A stretch of 63,239 bases of DNA, the filler included, from an uncultured Chlamydiae bacterium (GTDB lineage: Bacteria > Chlamydiota > Chlamydiia > Chlamydiales > SM23-39), in the NCBI GenBank assembly GCA_937899275.1. It is 13 parts of 13 records of this genome, joined end to end, with 100 filler letters (N's around TTAATTAATTAA, not from the genome) between each part and the next. Parts side by side here need not be neighbours in the genome. Positions count along the whole stretch, not along the records: positions 61,636 to 63,239 come from CALBPE010000083.1; 12 more parts are not named here. One strand, 5' to 3'. Within the stretch, counting starts at the first letter, position 1. Every line of letters starts with the position of its first letter. Below are positions 61,808 to 63,239 of this stretch, in pieces. Under the pieces are notes generated by a model, which saw only the letters and a program-made list of their open reading frames with translations, was not told the origin of the DNA and searched no databases. Made by a program: the position numbers and the translations under genes.

Positions 61808-61898
61808 GTTTTTCTACACAAAAAAAGCGCATTCCTACTAAAGTAAACATAAAATTATTTTTATATATTTTTTTTTAACATAAAAATAGAGGGCAATT

Positions 61899-62573
61899 AT
61901 GTTTCCTACAGGAAAACCAGGGTCTATAATGGGGTCTATTAATATTTTTGATATTAATCCAAGTGGGCTTTTGTTGAGCTCTTCTCCTGCTCCCCCCGTT
62001 GACATTAAAAGTGCATTATTAAGTAAAGGCAATTCAGAGTGCACTTTATCAGAAGGAGAAGAGCTCAAACAGTTGTTTGATGCAGCAAAAAAAGCGCAAA
62101 AAACTTTTTCTGAGTTCTGCGCGGCTCACATACTAAGTGAGCAGGTAAAAGAACCTTACTTGCATATTAAAGTCTGTGATCCAAATCAAATCGAAGTCAG
62201 CAAGAGTGTGATAAGAAATGCTTTGAATCCGGAAAATTCATCGGTAAATCACCGGCCTGTTCAGGTGGAAACTTCCTATTTGCTTGAGGAAAAAGGCGAC
62301 TCTATACCGATAATTCACCTGTCTTTCCCTAAAAGAAAACCAAGCTCACCTCCACGGATTTCTCATTCTACCGTTCACAGTCCACCTAGCCAATCTACCG
62401 TTCACAGTCCACTTAACCAATCTACCGTTCACAGTCGACCTGAAGAAAAATTTGATTGGAGCGCACTAGAGGCTTATCTTCAAACCTCTGAAGGGCAAGT
62501 TTCAATACCAAATATGAATCATTCAGATACTTCGATAAAAACACCTCAAAATGATAAAAAAGATAGTAAGTAG
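61899..62573 (+). CDS. Hypothetical S/P-rich protein with a 9-aa repeat
   Basis: GAGGG RBS; STVHSPxxQ repeats. Confidence 0.6.
   Translation: MFPTGKPGSIMGSINIFDINPSGLLLSSSPAPPVDIKSALLSKGNSECTLSEGEELKQLFDAAKKAQKTFSEFCAAHILSEQVKEPYLHIKVCDPNQIEVSKSVIRNALNPENSSVNHRPVQVETSYLLEEKGDSIPIIHLSFPKRKPSSPPRISHSTVHSPPSQSTVHSPLNQSTVHSRPEEKFDWSALEAYLQTSEGQVSIPNMNHSDTSIKTPQNDKKDSK
62367..62440 (+). repeat. 27-bp coding tandem repeat (about 2.7 copies)
   Basis: TCTACCGTTCACAGTCCACCTAGCCAA / ...CTTAACCAA / TCTACCGTTCACAGTCGACC. Confidence 0.9.
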
Positions 62574-62576
62574 CCT

Positions 62577-63239
62577 TTACGCAAACATATGATATTTTTT
62601 TCCCCATAGCACAAATGCCTCGACTCCTTTTTCTAAAGGGGTCTTGGGGAAATACCCTAGCTCTTGCTTTGCTTTTGTAATGTCAGCGTAGTTTTTTACC
62701 ACTTCTCCTTTCGGATAGGGAAGGTGGTTTCGAATCGCTTTTTTCCCAAGATATATCTCTAAAAGATCGACAAGATACGAGATACTAACAGGAGAGCTGT
62801 TGCCTAAATTGTAGGTAGCATAAGAAGCTTTGCTATCTATTGCAGCAAGGATTCCAGCTACAATATCATCGATGTAGGTAAAGTCCCGCTCCATTTTTCC
62901 CTCTCCAAATAACTGCACGGGAAGCCCTTTTGCAATATTTTTTGCAAAGATAAAACACGCCATATCAGGCCTTCCAAAAGGTCCATATACGGTGAAAAAA
63001 CGTAGGGCTTTCATCGGGATATTATAGAGGTGGTGATAGCTTTTTGCTAAGATTTCATTACAGATTTTTGTAGCGCTATAGAGGTTATTAGGGCTTTCAA
63101 TTGCCTCTTTTTCTCTGGATGGGATCGTTTTGTTATTGCCATAAACAGATGCAGAAGATGCAAAAACTAAGGAGATATGGGGGGATTCTCGAACGGCTTC
63201 TAAAATAGAAATAATTTTTTACTTTCGCGTTACTTTTAT
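62577..63239 (-). CDS. NAD-dependent epimerase (UDP-glucuronate 4-epimerase-like), 5' truncated
   Basis: FASSASVYG, YSATK (YxxxK), LRFFTVYGPFGRPDMA, RDFTYIDDIV. Confidence 0.9.

Noticed and set aside
27938..63221. Alternative genetic code suggested by in-frame stops in htpG (27938-27940, 27962-27964), the ruvB-downstream gene (TGA 33567-33569, TAG 33414-33416), cysS (51228-51230) and the epimerase (63219-63221)
   Set aside because: All three stop types are involved and stand for different expected residues. All lie within about 350 nt of fragment ends among other substitutions, and all three codons end normal genes elsewhere. Sequencing error is the simpler explanation.

Overview
This is not one continuous locus. 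It is 13 contig fragments joined by 12 artificial 100-nt spacers (44 N + TTAATTAATTAA + 44 N). Gene content and order point to an AT-rich environmental Chlamydiota (Chlamydiae) genome or MAG: dcd-ruvB synteny, NUE-like SET proteins, Ptr protease, CtcC/AtoC-like regulator, V-type ATPase, tandem AgcS symporters and an Aas-like fusion. Housekeeping content includes the 23S/5S rRNA end, half of tRNA-Arg(UCG), adk, rlmB, htpG, cysS, lysS, ruvB, dcd, hpf, oppBC, an osmoprotectant ABC transporter and V-ATPase I/K. The accessory highlights are: (1) a signal-peptide-bearing, eukaryote-type class I cyclic-nucleotide phosphodiesterase; (2) a 2798-aa Sec-signal/coiled-coil/degenerate-transglutaminase/RHS polymorphic toxin with an alpha/beta-hydrolase-like tip and a coupled immunity-like gene; (3) just upstream of it, a CX3C...CX3C peptide gene between two similar two-TM mini-proteins plus a structured intergenic region; (4) a tandem pair of SET-domain proteins; (5) a sugar porter followed by a probable xylulokinase start. 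Several in-frame stops lie close to contig ends and look like low-coverage sequence errors rather than recoding. All family calls come from motif recognition by eye; no searches were run.
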